Sequence record: SRR22947725_808
DNA length: 32,092 bases
Strand: one strand, 5' to 3'
The notes beneath the pieces were generated by a model. The model did not search any database, was not told the origin of the DNA, and saw only the letters and a program-made list of their open reading frames with translations. The translations under genes and the position numbers were made by a program. Positions 10,202 to 19,826 of this stretch are shown piece after piece (the stretch's first letter is position 1; each line of letters begins with the position of its first letter).

Positions 10202-11106
10202 AGATATCTCTCTAATAACTTTTTAGTTTGTAGAATACCCTTTTCTTCTGAAATGTTTAATCCTTCGTATTCTATTCCATAATATCCGTCATATTCGAAT
10301 GTATTTACAATATCAATTATTTTTTTAAAATCAATTGTAGATTCTTCACCATTGTTTGTAAAATCAAAAGATTTTGCACTTACTGCTTTCGCGTATGGCA
10401 TAAGCTCCTCCATTCCTAGATATTTATCGTATTCTTCAATACATTGACTGAAGTAATTGTTTGGATCTTTTTTTTCGATACAAAAATTACCAAAATCAGG
10501 TAAAGTTCCACAGTTTTCAAGATTAACTTCTTTCATTACATTGGCTAAAAGTTTTGCATTTGAACTTAATCCTCCATGATTTTCAACTATTATATTTATT
10601 TTGTCTTTTTTAGCAATAGAGCATAACATTGATAAAGATTTTGAAGAATATTCTGTCCAACTTTTCTTTTGCTTTTCACCGTTTAAGTTTACTCTTATTG
10701 AATGACATCCAAGTTCGTGTGCCATTTCAATCCATTTAATATGATTTTCAATTGCTTTTTCTCTTTTGAGGTTGTTTTTGGTTGCTAAATCTCCTTCGCC
10801 ATCAACCATTATTAAAAGATTCTTAATATCATTATCTTTTGACTTAGATAGAAGTTCCTTAGTAATATTCTTAATGGATCTACTTTTTAATTCGTTCCAG
10901 TAAAGAGATGAAACATATTCAACCGCATCAAATCCCATTTCATGAGCTTTAATTGAAAAATCATTTGGAGACAATTCTTTATTTATTTTAATAGCTCTAT
11001 GGAGAGACCATTGAGCTAAAGAAATTTTTTTATTAGTAATAGGAGAACTAAAAGCCAGTCCTAATGATCCAAGTGCAAATAATTGGTTAAAATTTCTTCT
11101 TTCCAT
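10198..11106 (-). CDS. Sugar phosphate isomerase/epimerase (xylose-isomerase-like TIM barrel) with Tat-like leader
   Basis: MERRNF leader, SLAQWSLH, VENHGG, LPDFGNF, SAKS, GIEYEG metal ligands. Confidence 0.85.
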   Translation of the reverse strand: MERRNFNQLFALGSLGLAFSSPITNKKISLAQWSLHRAIKINKELSPNDFSIKAHEMGFDAVEYVSSLYWNELKSRSIKNITKELLSKSKDNDIKNLLIMVDGEGDLATKNNLKREKAIENHIKWIEMAHELGCHSIRVNLNGEKQKKSWTEYSSKSLSMLCSIAKKDKINIIVENHGGLSSNAKLLANVMKEVNLENCGTLPDFGNFCIEKKDPNNYFSQCIEEYDKYLGMEELMPYAKAVSAKSFDFTNNGEESTIDFKKIIDIVNTFEYDGYYGIEYEGLNISEEKGILQTKKLLERYL

Positions 11107-11114
11107 TTTAAGGT

Positions 11115-14100
11115 TTATTTTTCTATTTTCATTCTGTTGTCTTCAGAATTTGTGTCAATTAATTTATTGTAAGGATCAATCCCTACTTCAATCGGTTCTT
11201 GATCTACAATTATAGATATTTTATTGTGAATTTTAGAAATCTTATGCTTTTTCAGATACAATTCTATTTCTTTTTCATCATTATCTTCACCAAAAATACC
11301 AATATCAATGTAGTCTTTTAAAAATACTGAGTATTCAGGCTTTTTCATGTCATCAGATTGATAAGTTATTGAATCTCTTTCTTCTTCTCCATAAAATGCT
11401 CTACCTTTTTCGTTGTTTCTGTATTTACTTACCTTAAATTCAATATCAACTTTGTACTTTCCATTATCTAATTTTTCTGATTTGGTTTCAACAACTCGGT
11501 TTTGATAGAGTGTAATAGTTTCAAACATATCTTTAATAAGATAATTCAATGAATCTGGTGTAACTTCTTTTATATGATTAACCAAATCAATAGAAGTAGT
11601 ATATGGAGGTTCTTGAAACGCTACTTTTTTGACATATTTACTTAAAGCTTTATTAAGTGTCTTTTCTCCAATATAATCACTTAATGCATAAAAAATTAAT
11701 GAACCTTTTTGATAATGAATATATCCTTGACCATCATTGTACATAAGTGCATTTTCTCTTTTTCTTTCAAAAGTTCTTGATGTTAGATATTCGTCAAGAG
11801 ATCTTTTCAAGAATTTTCTCATTTTTTTCTTTCCGTTAACTTGTTCAATTACTTTTAATGAAACATATTCAGATAAACTTTCAGAAAGCATGGTAGAACC
11901 CAATACATCAGCTCCTATTACTTGATGTGCCCACCATTGGTGAGCAACTTCGTGAACCGTAACAAAGAAAGCATAATCGTTACCTCCTTCTTCTGAATCG
12001 TCTACTTTAGCTATAAAACCAATATCTTCTGAAAACGGAACTGTATTGGGAAACGATTGAGCGAATCCGCCTGCAGTTCTCGGGAATTCGATAATTCTAA
12101 GTTGCTTGTGTTGGTAAGGGCTAAAATTAGTAGAACAATATTCTAATGCAGCTTTCATTCCTTTCATCATTCTATCTAAGTTATAATCGTGATCCTTATG
12201 ATAATAAATTTCTAGATTAACATCATTCCACTTATCTTGAGCAATTTCGTATTTTCCAGAATTAAATGCATAGAAGTTTAAAATTTTACTATCCATTTTA
12301 TAATTAAAATATCTTCTATCTCCTTCGATCCATTCTTTTTGAAGATATCCTGGGGCAATAGCTATTTGGTCTTTAGAGGTACTTACGGTAGTTTCAAAAT
12401 CAATCCAATCTGCATCTTTTGAAATGTATGTATTTCCAAGTGCAGTAGAATCAGATGGATATGGTTTTAATTTATTAGGTGGAAGGTCATATTTTTCTCT
12501 AGTTTTATCATCAGTTAGTTCTCCACCTGGGTATCCAAATGTTGGAAATAAGCTATTGTTTATAAATGTTCCATTATTTACGACTGAGGAGTTTTTTCTA
12601 ATACTTGTATTAGGTTTATTTTTTACCGTAAATGATAATTTTAAACTGTCACCTGGATACAAAGATTTTTTTAATCTGTATACGTCGAAATTATATAAAG
12701 TGTCTTCTAAAACAAGATCTGTTTCTTTATCAAATTTAAAGGTGCTAATAGCATCGTTATGGTTTAAAAATAAACTATCTATTACGTTAGATGTTTTGTT
12801 TACCGTGATATAAGTTCCACTAGCATCAGCATCTAAAGTTTTGGGAAATAGATTAACGTCAACTTTTACAGAAACGATTCTAGGCTGACTATAATTTTCA
12901 TATTTCTTATATTTTTTCTCCCATTCTACAGTTTGTAATTCTCTTTCTTTTGAAGATGTCCTTTTATTTAAAACATTTGTCTCATAGTAAATATATCCAC
13001 CTGAACTTAAAAAAATTAACATTAATAAAGCTAAAAATTTTGGATATTTTCCTTTGAACCTGGATACAGCAATAGAAATTCTTTCTTTAAAACTTGAGGG
13101 TAAACCTCTAAAATAGAACAAGTATGTTAAAATAAAGAACACAAGTCCCAGAGATAACCAATATATTTTGTAAAGAAAAAACCTGTTAACCGAACTTCCA
13201 TAACCATCCATATCTGAATACGAAAATCCAGTGCCTGCATTGTATTTTAAAATGGATTGCTCAACTCCAGCTAAGCTAAGTAATGGTATTCCGATAAAAA
13301 GTACAATCATTATAAATATACCAACATATCTATCAGTAATTAAAGTTTGTATTAAGAACGATAGGAGTGCCCATATCACATATGAAATAAGAGAAAGAAA
13401 AATTAATTCATACAGGTAATGTGCTATTTCAAAATCATAGTATCCACTATAAGTTTGAAATAATATTCCAGAAATCATTATTAGTGAAAGTAATACAAGT
13501 TGCATTTTTACAATTGCTAAGAACTTAGAGCCTAGTAAAATCCAGTTTGGGGTAGGAGTAGTATCTATTAATTGATTTACATTGGACGTCCTTGATCTGT
13601 GTAATAAATTTGCAGCAAATAAAAATGTGGCAACATTTATAAATAAAGTAAATGTAGCTCCAGCTTGAAGCATTTTCCATGTTCTTGGATATGTAGGAGT
13701 TCCAAACACATTTCCCAGTTCTGAAAGTCCAATAAGGTTAAATAATAATGCTAGTATCACGATACTAATAAATGACCAGCTTTTAACTATGTATAAAAAA
13801 TCAATATTAGATAAATTCCAAAGTTTTTTTATCTCATTTTTAAAACTGAAATCAATCGTAATCTTTGGAAGATTTACTTTAGTGATTCCTCCAAAATTAC
13901 TTTTAGTTAGTCTTTTGGAATCTTTTTTATTAAAAGAGAATGTAAAAGCATTTTGACTGAAGCTGAAAATTTTATAAATAGACAGCAATACAAGTGATCC
14001 AAATGAAATAAAAATCAGTCTATTGTAAATAAGTAGCTCTCCAAGTGGTAAGTATAATTCGTTTTGTTCTGAAACAGTCCAGTATCTTGTATAGTAGTTT

Positions 14101-14759
14101 GATGCTGAAAGACCAGAGGGATCTAATAGGGCTGCAATAAATCTGTTGTCAGGATTACTAAAAAGGCCTTCAAGTAATGCTTCAATTATTACTATTATAA
14201 TAACACTTATAAAACCAACATATACATTTCTTGTAAACGTGACCACTCCAAAAATTATCGAGCTGTACAAAAAGAGGTTTGGAAGAATTATTATAAAATA
14301 AGCGTCTAAATATGATTTTAAATCAAAAGGATTAACAATGTCCTGATTAGTACCGGGTAGTATAAAACCAAGGGAAACTGCTATAAAAATAGCAACTATT
14401 ACTACGTTTACGATAAAAAATCCACTTAAAAACTTTGCAGTCAAATAGTTAGCTTTTGAAAATGGATAAGAGTAGAGTATGGTATGTATTTGAGATTCAT
14501 AGTCCCTACTTATAGTTGATCCAATAATAGAAGGATAAAAGAATATTAAAATGGAGGCTGGTGCTGCAAATGCACCTAATACTGCCATTGGAGAATTTAC
14601 AATTTTTGATGATCCGGTAGTTACTGAAATAGCATCAAATATTCCAGCAGAGGCAGCGGAAATAAGCATCCCAATCATAAAAAACACAATAGCATATATG
14701 TATAAAGCAGGTCTGTTAAACCAATATTTTATTTCGTTAAAAAAGATATTTAAGAACAT
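11115..14759 (-). CDS. ABC-2-type permease (two TM blocks) fused to C-terminal M1-family zinc aminopeptidase domain
   Basis: About 590 aa of two hydrophobic blocks, then a soluble domain with HEVAHQWW...SESLSEY (HExxH-x18-E), YIHYQKG and a terminal GIDPYNKLID. Confidence 0.88.
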   Translation of the reverse strand: MFLNIFFNEIKYWFNRPALYIYAIVFFMIGMLISAASAGIFDAISVTTGSSKIVNSPMAVLGAFAAPASILIFFYPSIIGSTISRDYESQIHTILYSYPFSKANYLTAKFLSGFFIVNVVIVAIFIAVSLGFILPGTNQDIVNPFDLKSYLDAYFIIILPNLFLYSSIIFGVVTFTRNVYVGFISVIIIVIIEALLEGLFSNPDNRFIAALLDPSGLSASNYYTRYWTVSEQNELYLPLGELLIYNRLIFISFGSLVLLSIYKIFSFSQNAFTFSFNKKDSKRLTKSNFGGITKVNLPKITIDFSFKNEIKKLWNLSNIDFLYIVKSWSFISIVILALLFNLIGLSELGNVFGTPTYPRTWKMLQAGATFTLFINVATFLFAANLLHRSRTSNVNQLIDTTPTPNWILLGSKFLAIVKMQLVLLSLIMISGILFQTYSGYYDFEIAHYLYELIFLSLISYVIWALLSFLIQTLITDRYVGIFIMIVLFIGIPLLSLAGVEQSILKYNAGTGFSYSDMDGYGSSVNRFFLYKIYWLSLGLVFFILTYLFYFRGLPSSFKERISIAVSRFKGKYPKFLALLMLIFLSSGGYIYYETNVLNKRTSSKERELQTVEWEKKYKKYENYSQPRIVSVKVDVNLFPKTLDADASGTYITVNKTSNVIDSLFLNHNDAISTFKFDKETDLVLEDTLYNFDVYRLKKSLYPGDSLKLSFTVKNKPNTSIRKNSSVVNNGTFINNSLFPTFGYPGGELTDDKTREKYDLPPNKLKPYPSDSTALGNTYISKDADWIDFETTVSTSKDQIAIAPGYLQKEWIEGDRRYFNYKMDSKILNFYAFNSGKYEIAQDKWNDVNLEIYYHKDHDYNLDRMMKGMKAALEYCSTNFSPYQHKQLRIIEFPRTAGGFAQSFPNTVPFSEDIGFIAKVDDSEEGGNDYAFFVTVHEVAHQWWAHQVIGADVLGSTMLSESLSEYVSLKVIEQVNGKKKMRKFLKRSLDEYLTSRTFERKRENALMYNDGQGYIHYQKGSLIFYALSDYIGEKTLNKALSKYVKKVAFQEPPYTTSIDLVNHIKEVTPDSLNYLIKDMFETITLYQNRVVETKSEKLDNGKYKVDIEFKVSKYRNNEKGRAFYGEEERDSITYQSDDMKKPEYSVFLKDYIDIGIFGEDNDEKEIELYLKKHKISKIHNKISIIVDQEPIEVGIDPYNKLIDTNSEDNRMKIEK

Positions 14760-14770
14760 GTATTAGTTTT

Positions 14771-15658
14771 TTAAGAATTATTATTTTGATCTTCTTTAAG
14801 CGCAATAAAATAAACGTCATCTAATTGAGGCTCTGCTTTCTTAAAATCTGTTCCAGGTTTTTTGTCTGAAAAAACTCTTATAGTAAGTGAATTATCTACG
14901 TTATAATTGGAAGATAATATATTGAATTCGTTTTCAGCACTTTCAAGATCATCTCTTAAAACTGATTTAGTCCAGATTTTATTTTTTAATTCATTTGTTG
15001 AATCTATTGGTTTAACATGTCTTAGTATTCTTCCACCATTAAGAATTGCCATATCGTTACATAGTTCTTTAACATCATCAACAATATGAGTAGAGAAAAT
15101 AACAGTACTGTTAGTACCAACTTCTCTTAAAACATTTAAAAAACGTTGTCTTTCTGCAGGATCTAATCCAGCAGTTGGTTCATCTACAATAATTAACTCT
15201 GGATTGTTTAGTAATAATTGAGCTATTCCAAATCTTTGTTTCATTCCTCCAGAATATCCTGAAACATTTTTCTTTTTGACATCAGTTAAATTTGTAATTT
15301 CTAAAAGTTTTTCAATTAAAGCTTTTCTTTCATTTTTATCTGAAATTCCTTTAAGTTTAGCGAAATAGTTTAGTAATTCATCAGCTGACATATTTGGATA
15401 AACTCCAAATGATTGAGGAAGATATCCTAATGTTTTCCTAAGAGAGATTTGATCTTCAATAACGTTTATATTATTAAATCTAATTGAACCAGTATCAGGT
15501 GATTGTAATGTTGCAATGGTTCTCATTAGTGTTGATTTGCCAGCTCCGTTTGGACCAAGTAATCCAAACATACCCTTGCCAATTTTTAAACTCAAATTGT
15601 CCAATGCTTTAACTTTGTTACTATACGTTTTCGTAAGATTTTCAATTATTAAACTCAT
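14771..15658 (-). CDS. ABC transporter ATP-binding protein
   Basis: Walker A GPNGAGKST, Q-loop YLPQ, signature YSGGMKQR, Walker B IIVDEP, STH switch. Confidence 0.96.
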   Translation of the reverse strand: MSLIIENLTKTYSNKVKALDNLSLKIGKGMFGLLGPNGAGKSTLMRTIATLQSPDTGSIRFNNINVIEDQISLRKTLGYLPQSFGVYPNMSADELLNYFAKLKGISDKNERKALIEKLLEITNLTDVKKKNVSGYSGGMKQRFGIAQLLLNNPELIIVDEPTAGLDPAERQRFLNVLREVGTNSTVIFSTHIVDDVKELCNDMAILNGGRILRHVKPIDSTNELKNKIWTKSVLRDDLESAENEFNILSSNYNVDNSLTIRVFSDKKPGTDFKKAEPQLDDVYFIALKEDQNNNS

Positions 15659-15676
15659 GTTTATTTTTTAAGGATT

Positions 15677-15684
15677 CAAAGATA
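15677..15684 (-). promoter_or_regulatory. -7 box (TATCTTTG) for the ABC operon
   Basis: CAAAGATA on + strand, 18 bp upstream of ATG 15658. Confidence 0.55.
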
Positions 15685-15757
15685 CTGTTTTATTTTACAT
15701 TCTATAAAGAATGTTTTTAAATTAACATAATTCACTACTTTTAAAAAAACAATAACA

Positions 15758-17353
15758 ATGATCCAATCTTATAAACAAAAAATAAATCTTGAAGAAAAAT
15801 ATGATGCTATAATTATTGGATCTGGAATAGGTAGTTTATGTACAGCTGCTTTACTTTCAAAAGAAGGAAAAAAAGTTCTCGTTTTAGAACGTCACTATAC
15901 AGCAGGTGGATTTACACATGTTTTTAAACGAAAAGGCTACGAATGGGATGTGGGTATTCATTACATTGGTGAGGTTCAAAACCCTAACACACCTATTAGA
16001 AAAATGTTTGATTATATTTCAAATGACAAGCTTAAGTGGGCTGATATGGGAGAGGTTTACGATAAAATCATTATTGGAAATAAGACATATGATTTTGTAA
16101 AAGGAGTTAAGAACTTTAAGGCAAAAATGCATGAATATTTTCCAAATGAGAAAAATGCTATTGATAATTATATTGAATTAGTTTACAAGAGCAATAAGTC
16201 AATGAAAAAGTTCTATATGGACAAATCATTGCCAAGTTTGATAAGTAAATTGTTTGGTTTCTTTTTAAGAAAAGATTATTTAAAATTTTCAGGAAAAACA
16301 ACTTATGAAATTTTAAGTTCATTAACTAAAAATGAAGAATTAATTAAAGTTTTAACTGGTCAATATGGTGATTATGGTCTTCCACCAAGACAAAGTAGTT
16401 TTGCTATGCATGCCAGTGTAGCAAAGCATTATTTTAATGGTGGTAGTTTTCCAGTTGGGGGGTCCTCAGAAATTGCTAAATCAATTGATTCAGTTATTGA
16501 AAGTTCTGGTGGAACAATTTTAGTAAATGCTGAGGTAAATGAAATTATAATAGAAAATAACAAAGCTATTGGAGTCGAAATGTACGATGGTAAAAAGTTC
16601 TTTTCTAATTTAATCATAAGTGGAACTGGTGTTTTTCAAACTTATAATAACCTTGTTCCTAAAGATTTGAGTATTAAATATGGTTTTAATTTGAATTTAA
16701 ATAATGTAAAACCCTCAGTTGCTCATGGTTGTTTATATATTGGATTAAATGGAACCTCTGAAGAACTTGATTTGCCTAAAAATAATCTATGGATTTATCC
16801 TGATAATATAGATCACGATACTGCAGTTGAAAATTACTTAAACGACAATGATTCTGATTTTCCTCTTGTATACATATCATTTGCATCATCAAAAGACCCT
16901 ACATGGCAATCTAGATATCCAGGTAAAAGTACTATTGATGTAATAACATTACTACCTTATAAAAACTTTACAAAATGGGAGGGAAGTAGATGGATGAAAA
17001 GAGGAGATGAATATAACAACTTGAAAGAAAAAATTTCACAACGCCTTCTAAAACACTTATACGATCAACTTCCTCAGTTGAAAGGAAAAATAGATACCTA
17101 TGAGCTGTCTAGTCCTTTAACCACAAAAAACTTTGTTAATTACAGCAAAGGTGAGTTATATGGATTAGATCACACTCCATCGAGATTCAATCAAAAATTT
17201 TTAAGACCTAAAACTCCAATTAAAAACTTCTATTTAACTGGTCAAGATATTGTTTCTGCAGGAGTAGGTGGTGCTCTATTTTCGGGACTTATTACAGCCG
17301 CTTCAATTACGGGAATTAATTTTATGAAAAAAATATATAAAAAAGAGGACTAA
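15758..17353 (+). CDS. FAD-dependent oxidoreductase, phytoene desaturase/CrtISO/retinol saturase (RetSat)-like
   Basis: IIIGSGIGSL dinucleotide fold, LERHYTAGGFTHVF..GYEWDVGIHYIG, SSPLTT, GELYGL, FYLTGQD..GVGGA. Confidence 0.85.
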   Translation: MIQSYKQKINLEEKYDAIIIGSGIGSLCTAALLSKEGKKVLVLERHYTAGGFTHVFKRKGYEWDVGIHYIGEVQNPNTPIRKMFDYISNDKLKWADMGEVYDKIIIGNKTYDFVKGVKNFKAKMHEYFPNEKNAIDNYIELVYKSNKSMKKFYMDKSLPSLISKLFGFFLRKDYLKFSGKTTYEILSSLTKNEELIKVLTGQYGDYGLPPRQSSFAMHASVAKHYFNGGSFPVGGSSEIAKSIDSVIESSGGTILVNAEVNEIIIENNKAIGVEMYDGKKFFSNLIISGTGVFQTYNNLVPKDLSIKYGFNLNLNNVKPSVAHGCLYIGLNGTSEELDLPKNNLWIYPDNIDHDTAVENYLNDNDSDFPLVYISFASSKDPTWQSRYPGKSTIDVITLLPYKNFTKWEGSRWMKRGDEYNNLKEKISQRLLKHLYDQLPQLKGKIDTYELSSPLTTKNFVNYSKGELYGLDHTPSRFNQKFLRPKTPIKNFYLTGQDIVSAGVGGALFSGLITAASITGINFMKKIYKKED

Positions 17354-17368
17354 AAACGCCCTCTTTTT
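17339..17368. terminator. Bidirectional intrinsic terminator between convergent genes
   Basis: AAAAAAGAGGAC-TAAAAAC-GCCCTCTTTTT. Hairpin flanked by A and T runs, fully paired with one G.U on the minus strand, overlapping the last codons of the oxidoreductase. Confidence 0.7.
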
Positions 17369-17383
17369 ATTTTTCTACTAAAT

Positions 17384-17908
17384 TTATTTTTGAGATGCAG
17401 CTAGTTCAGCATCAAGCAATGTAGGGTCGAAAAAATGATAAACATCTACAATTTTTTCATTTTCAAATCTGAACGCGTGATGTACTGGAATTTGAATATC
17501 ATTTCCAGTAATTTTCCCCGTTGCAGTCCAATAGAACCATGCCATAGACCAAACACTTCCATTATCATAAGTTGCAGTTGTTACATTGGTTGGTTGAATT
17601 TTACTATTAGAAATATCATCAAATAATGAGTGATGTAAAGCCGCCGCTCCAACCCATTCTTCTTTAGACACTTTATTTGAATTGAAATAAAAATTTCCAT
17701 CATCAGCCATCAGCGATGCAGAATCCTCAAATTTATTTGCAATATAATTATCCATAAGTTCTCTAGTTAGCATGGATTCTTTACTTGAATCATCAGTTAT
17801 ACCAGACCATCCACCAAATTCCATATTTGGTTCAGTGTTATTTGAATTATTTATTTCACAAGAAATAAATAATCCTAATGTAAGCGTAAGTAAAATCAAT
17901 TTTTTCAT
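17384..17908 (-). CDS. NTF2/SnoaL-like lipoprotein
   Basis: Lipobox LFIS-C. W..W..TGK.TG..I.IPVHHAFRFENEKIV...HFFD C-terminal pattern of the NTF2 fold. Confidence 0.75.
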   Translation of the reverse strand: MKKLILLTLTLGLFISCEINNSNNTEPNMEFGGWSGITDDSSKESMLTRELMDNYIANKFEDSASLMADDGNFYFNSNKVSKEEWVGAAALHHSLFDDISNSKIQPTNVTTATYDNGSVWSMAWFYWTATGKITGNDIQIPVHHAFRFENEKIVDVYHFFDPTLLDAELAASQK

Positions 17909-17948
17909 ATTATAATATTTTATATGAATATAAATAATTTAAAACTAT

Positions 17949-17956
17949 TAGTTTTG
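17949..17956 (+). promoter_or_regulatory. -7 box (TAGTTTTG) for the OsmC gene
   Basis: Exact TAnnTTTG match 25 bp upstream of ATG 17982. Confidence 0.5.
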
Positions 17957-17981
17957 ATATAATTTTAAAAAATATTCTAAT

Positions 17982-18389
17982 ATGAAAGTTTTAATGGATT
18001 ATGTCAATGACAATACTTTTAAAGTTAAAAATGAGTCGAAAAATGAGTTAGTAATAGACATGTGTGATCCAGACAAAAAAAATCATCTTTCTCCAATGGA
18101 ACTATTACTTTCTGCTGTAACATCTTGTGCTGCTGTTGAAATTGTTTCAATGATAAAAAAAAGAAAAAGAAATTTTCAAAATATTTTGGCTGAAACCCAT
18201 GGCGTAAGAGTTGATGATTCACCAAGGTATTTTACTTCAATCGATATTAAATATATAATTTATTCTAAAGATTTAACTGAGATTGAAGCGGATAGATATA
18301 TTTCTCTTTCATTAGAAAAATATTGTTCAGTTGGAGCGACTATTAATGACAAAACTAAAATAAATCATAGCTTTCAAATTATTAGATAA
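17982..18389 (+). CDS. OsmC/YhfA-family protein
   Basis: SPMELLLSAVTSC and LSLEKYCSV two-Cys motifs. Confidence 0.92.
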   Translation: MKVLMDYVNDNTFKVKNESKNELVIDMCDPDKKNHLSPMELLLSAVTSCAAVEIVSMIKKRKRNFQNILAETHGVRVDDSPRYFTSIDIKYIIYSKDLTEIEADRYISLSLEKYCSVGATINDKTKINHSFQIIR

Positions 18390-18391
18390 TT

Positions 18392-19360
18392 TTAATTAGA
18401 TAAAGTTTTTTGCATAAATTCTTTTGAAAACTTGAAAGATTTATTTCTTGCGATTTTATTTCCTCCAATAGTTACTCCTCTTTCTACACAAAAAAGGAAA
18501 CCTATTTTTTGTAAAAAAGGATTTGTCATGGGAATATTTAGATAATTCATTAGAATATCACCATCTGAATTAACATCAAACATACAATCTTTAAAACTAT
18601 ATCCATTTTCATTGAATTCTAATTCTCCTTCTCTGTCAAATCCATGGTGGGAGCTTTCGTATACGGTTATATTAATATTTGATTTTGCTAATTTTCCCAC
18701 GAAATCATCACACGGCTTTGCAGGGGTCCAATCGTCTAATTCACCTATAAGAATATGAATTGGTACTTCACTAAAATTCATATCCTCAAAATCAAAAAAA
18801 CATGGTGGATAAAAAGCTAAGTGAGATGCAAACTTTACAGATTCACCAAGTGTTTTAATTATTGGGTTCCATGCAGAAAACAAGGTTACTCCTCCACCTA
18901 AACTCCATCCAGTTATTGAAACTTTATCTTTGTCAATTGATTTGTGCTCTGAGAGAGTTTCCAGAGCTTTATACGCATCAAACACCATGGCCGCTACAGT
19001 AACTTGATTTTGCTTTCCAACAGTTGATTTAATATTTCGACTTTGAAAACTATTTAATTCAAAGGTAGCATAACCTAAATCTTGATACATTTTCATATAA
19101 TCATAGTGATGATTTTTCCACCCCTCACTTCCAGCCACTCCAATTATTAAAGGATATTTCTTATTAGGGTTTGTTGAGTCTAAAGGAACTGTTAATTGTC
19201 CAAACACATCTTGTTCAGAATTGTTGGATTTAGAAATGATTTCGCTAAAAGAGTACGGGTTAGAACTTTTGAAAAATATTTTTTCTTTGACATTTTGAGA
19301 CCATACTAAGCATGATGTTAGAAAAAAAAGTAAAAAGTAATTTGATTTAGAATAGAACAT
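18392..19360 (-). CDS. Exported dienelactone-hydrolase-family alpha/beta hydrolase
   Basis: GWSLGG nucleophile elbow, AFYP.C, GELDDWTP, HHGFD. N-terminal signal peptide. Confidence 0.85.
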   Translation of the reverse strand: MFYSKSNYFLLFFLTSCLVWSQNVKEKIFFKSSNPYSFSEIISKSNNSEQDVFGQLTVPLDSTNPNKKYPLIIGVAGSEGWKNHHYDYMKMYQDLGYATFELNSFQSRNIKSTVGKQNQVTVAAMVFDAYKALETLSEHKSIDKDKVSITGWSLGGGVTLFSAWNPIIKTLGESVKFASHLAFYPPCFFDFEDMNFSEVPIHILIGELDDWTPAKPCDDFVGKLAKSNINITVYESSHHGFDREGELEFNENGYSFKDCMFDVNSDGDILMNYLNIPMTNPFLQKIGFLFCVERGVTIGGNKIARNKSFKFSKEFMQKTLSN

Positions 19361-19370
19361 GCTATGGGAA

Positions 19371-19826
19371 TTAAATTATTTTTTCAATCTTGCTTTCGAT
19401 GTTGTTAAAGGTAACAATATCTCCAATCTTTTTTCCTAAATAAGACTTTGCAATTGGTGTATTTGTTGAAACACAGTAAATTTTATTAGTATCGCTGCTA
19501 TAAATTTCTGAGGATATTGAAATAAAATAATTATTATTTGATGTAAAAATTATTGAACCTGGAGATACTTTTAAATTATTTAATTGAACTGATTTTATGA
19601 CAATAAGCTGTTTTTTTGAATTTTCTATCTCTTTTATCCTTTTACTGTTTTTTTCTCTTTCGATTTGAATCATTGCTCTAGTAGTCTCATGTTTATCTCC
19701 TGCACTGCTCTTAGTTTCTTCATTTAATGATTTAAAAAGCTCTTGATCAATTTTTAAATAATTTTTCAATTTAGTATTGATGTGATTTTCACAATGATTA
19801 AATAATAAGTCTTTTAAATTTATCAT
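19371..19826 (-). CDS. GreA/GreB-like protein (coiled coil plus Gre C-terminal domain)
   Basis: ETKSSAGDKHETTRAM at the coiled-coil tip. C-terminal VS..TPIAKSYLGKKIGD matches the Gre CTD pattern SPxxxALLGxxxGD. Confidence 0.7.
   Translation of the reverse strand: MINLKDLLFNHCENHINTKLKNYLKIDQELFKSLNEETKSSAGDKHETTRAMIQIEREKNSKRIKEIENSKKQLIVIKSVQLNNLKVSPGSIIFTSNNNYFISISSEIYSSDTNKIYCVSTNTPIAKSYLGKKIGDIVTFNNIESKIEKII

Noticed and set aside
15758..17353. crtI / carotenoid biosynthesis cluster
   Set aside because: No other crt genes are nearby and the motifs are not clearly CrtI-specific, so no symbol was assigned.
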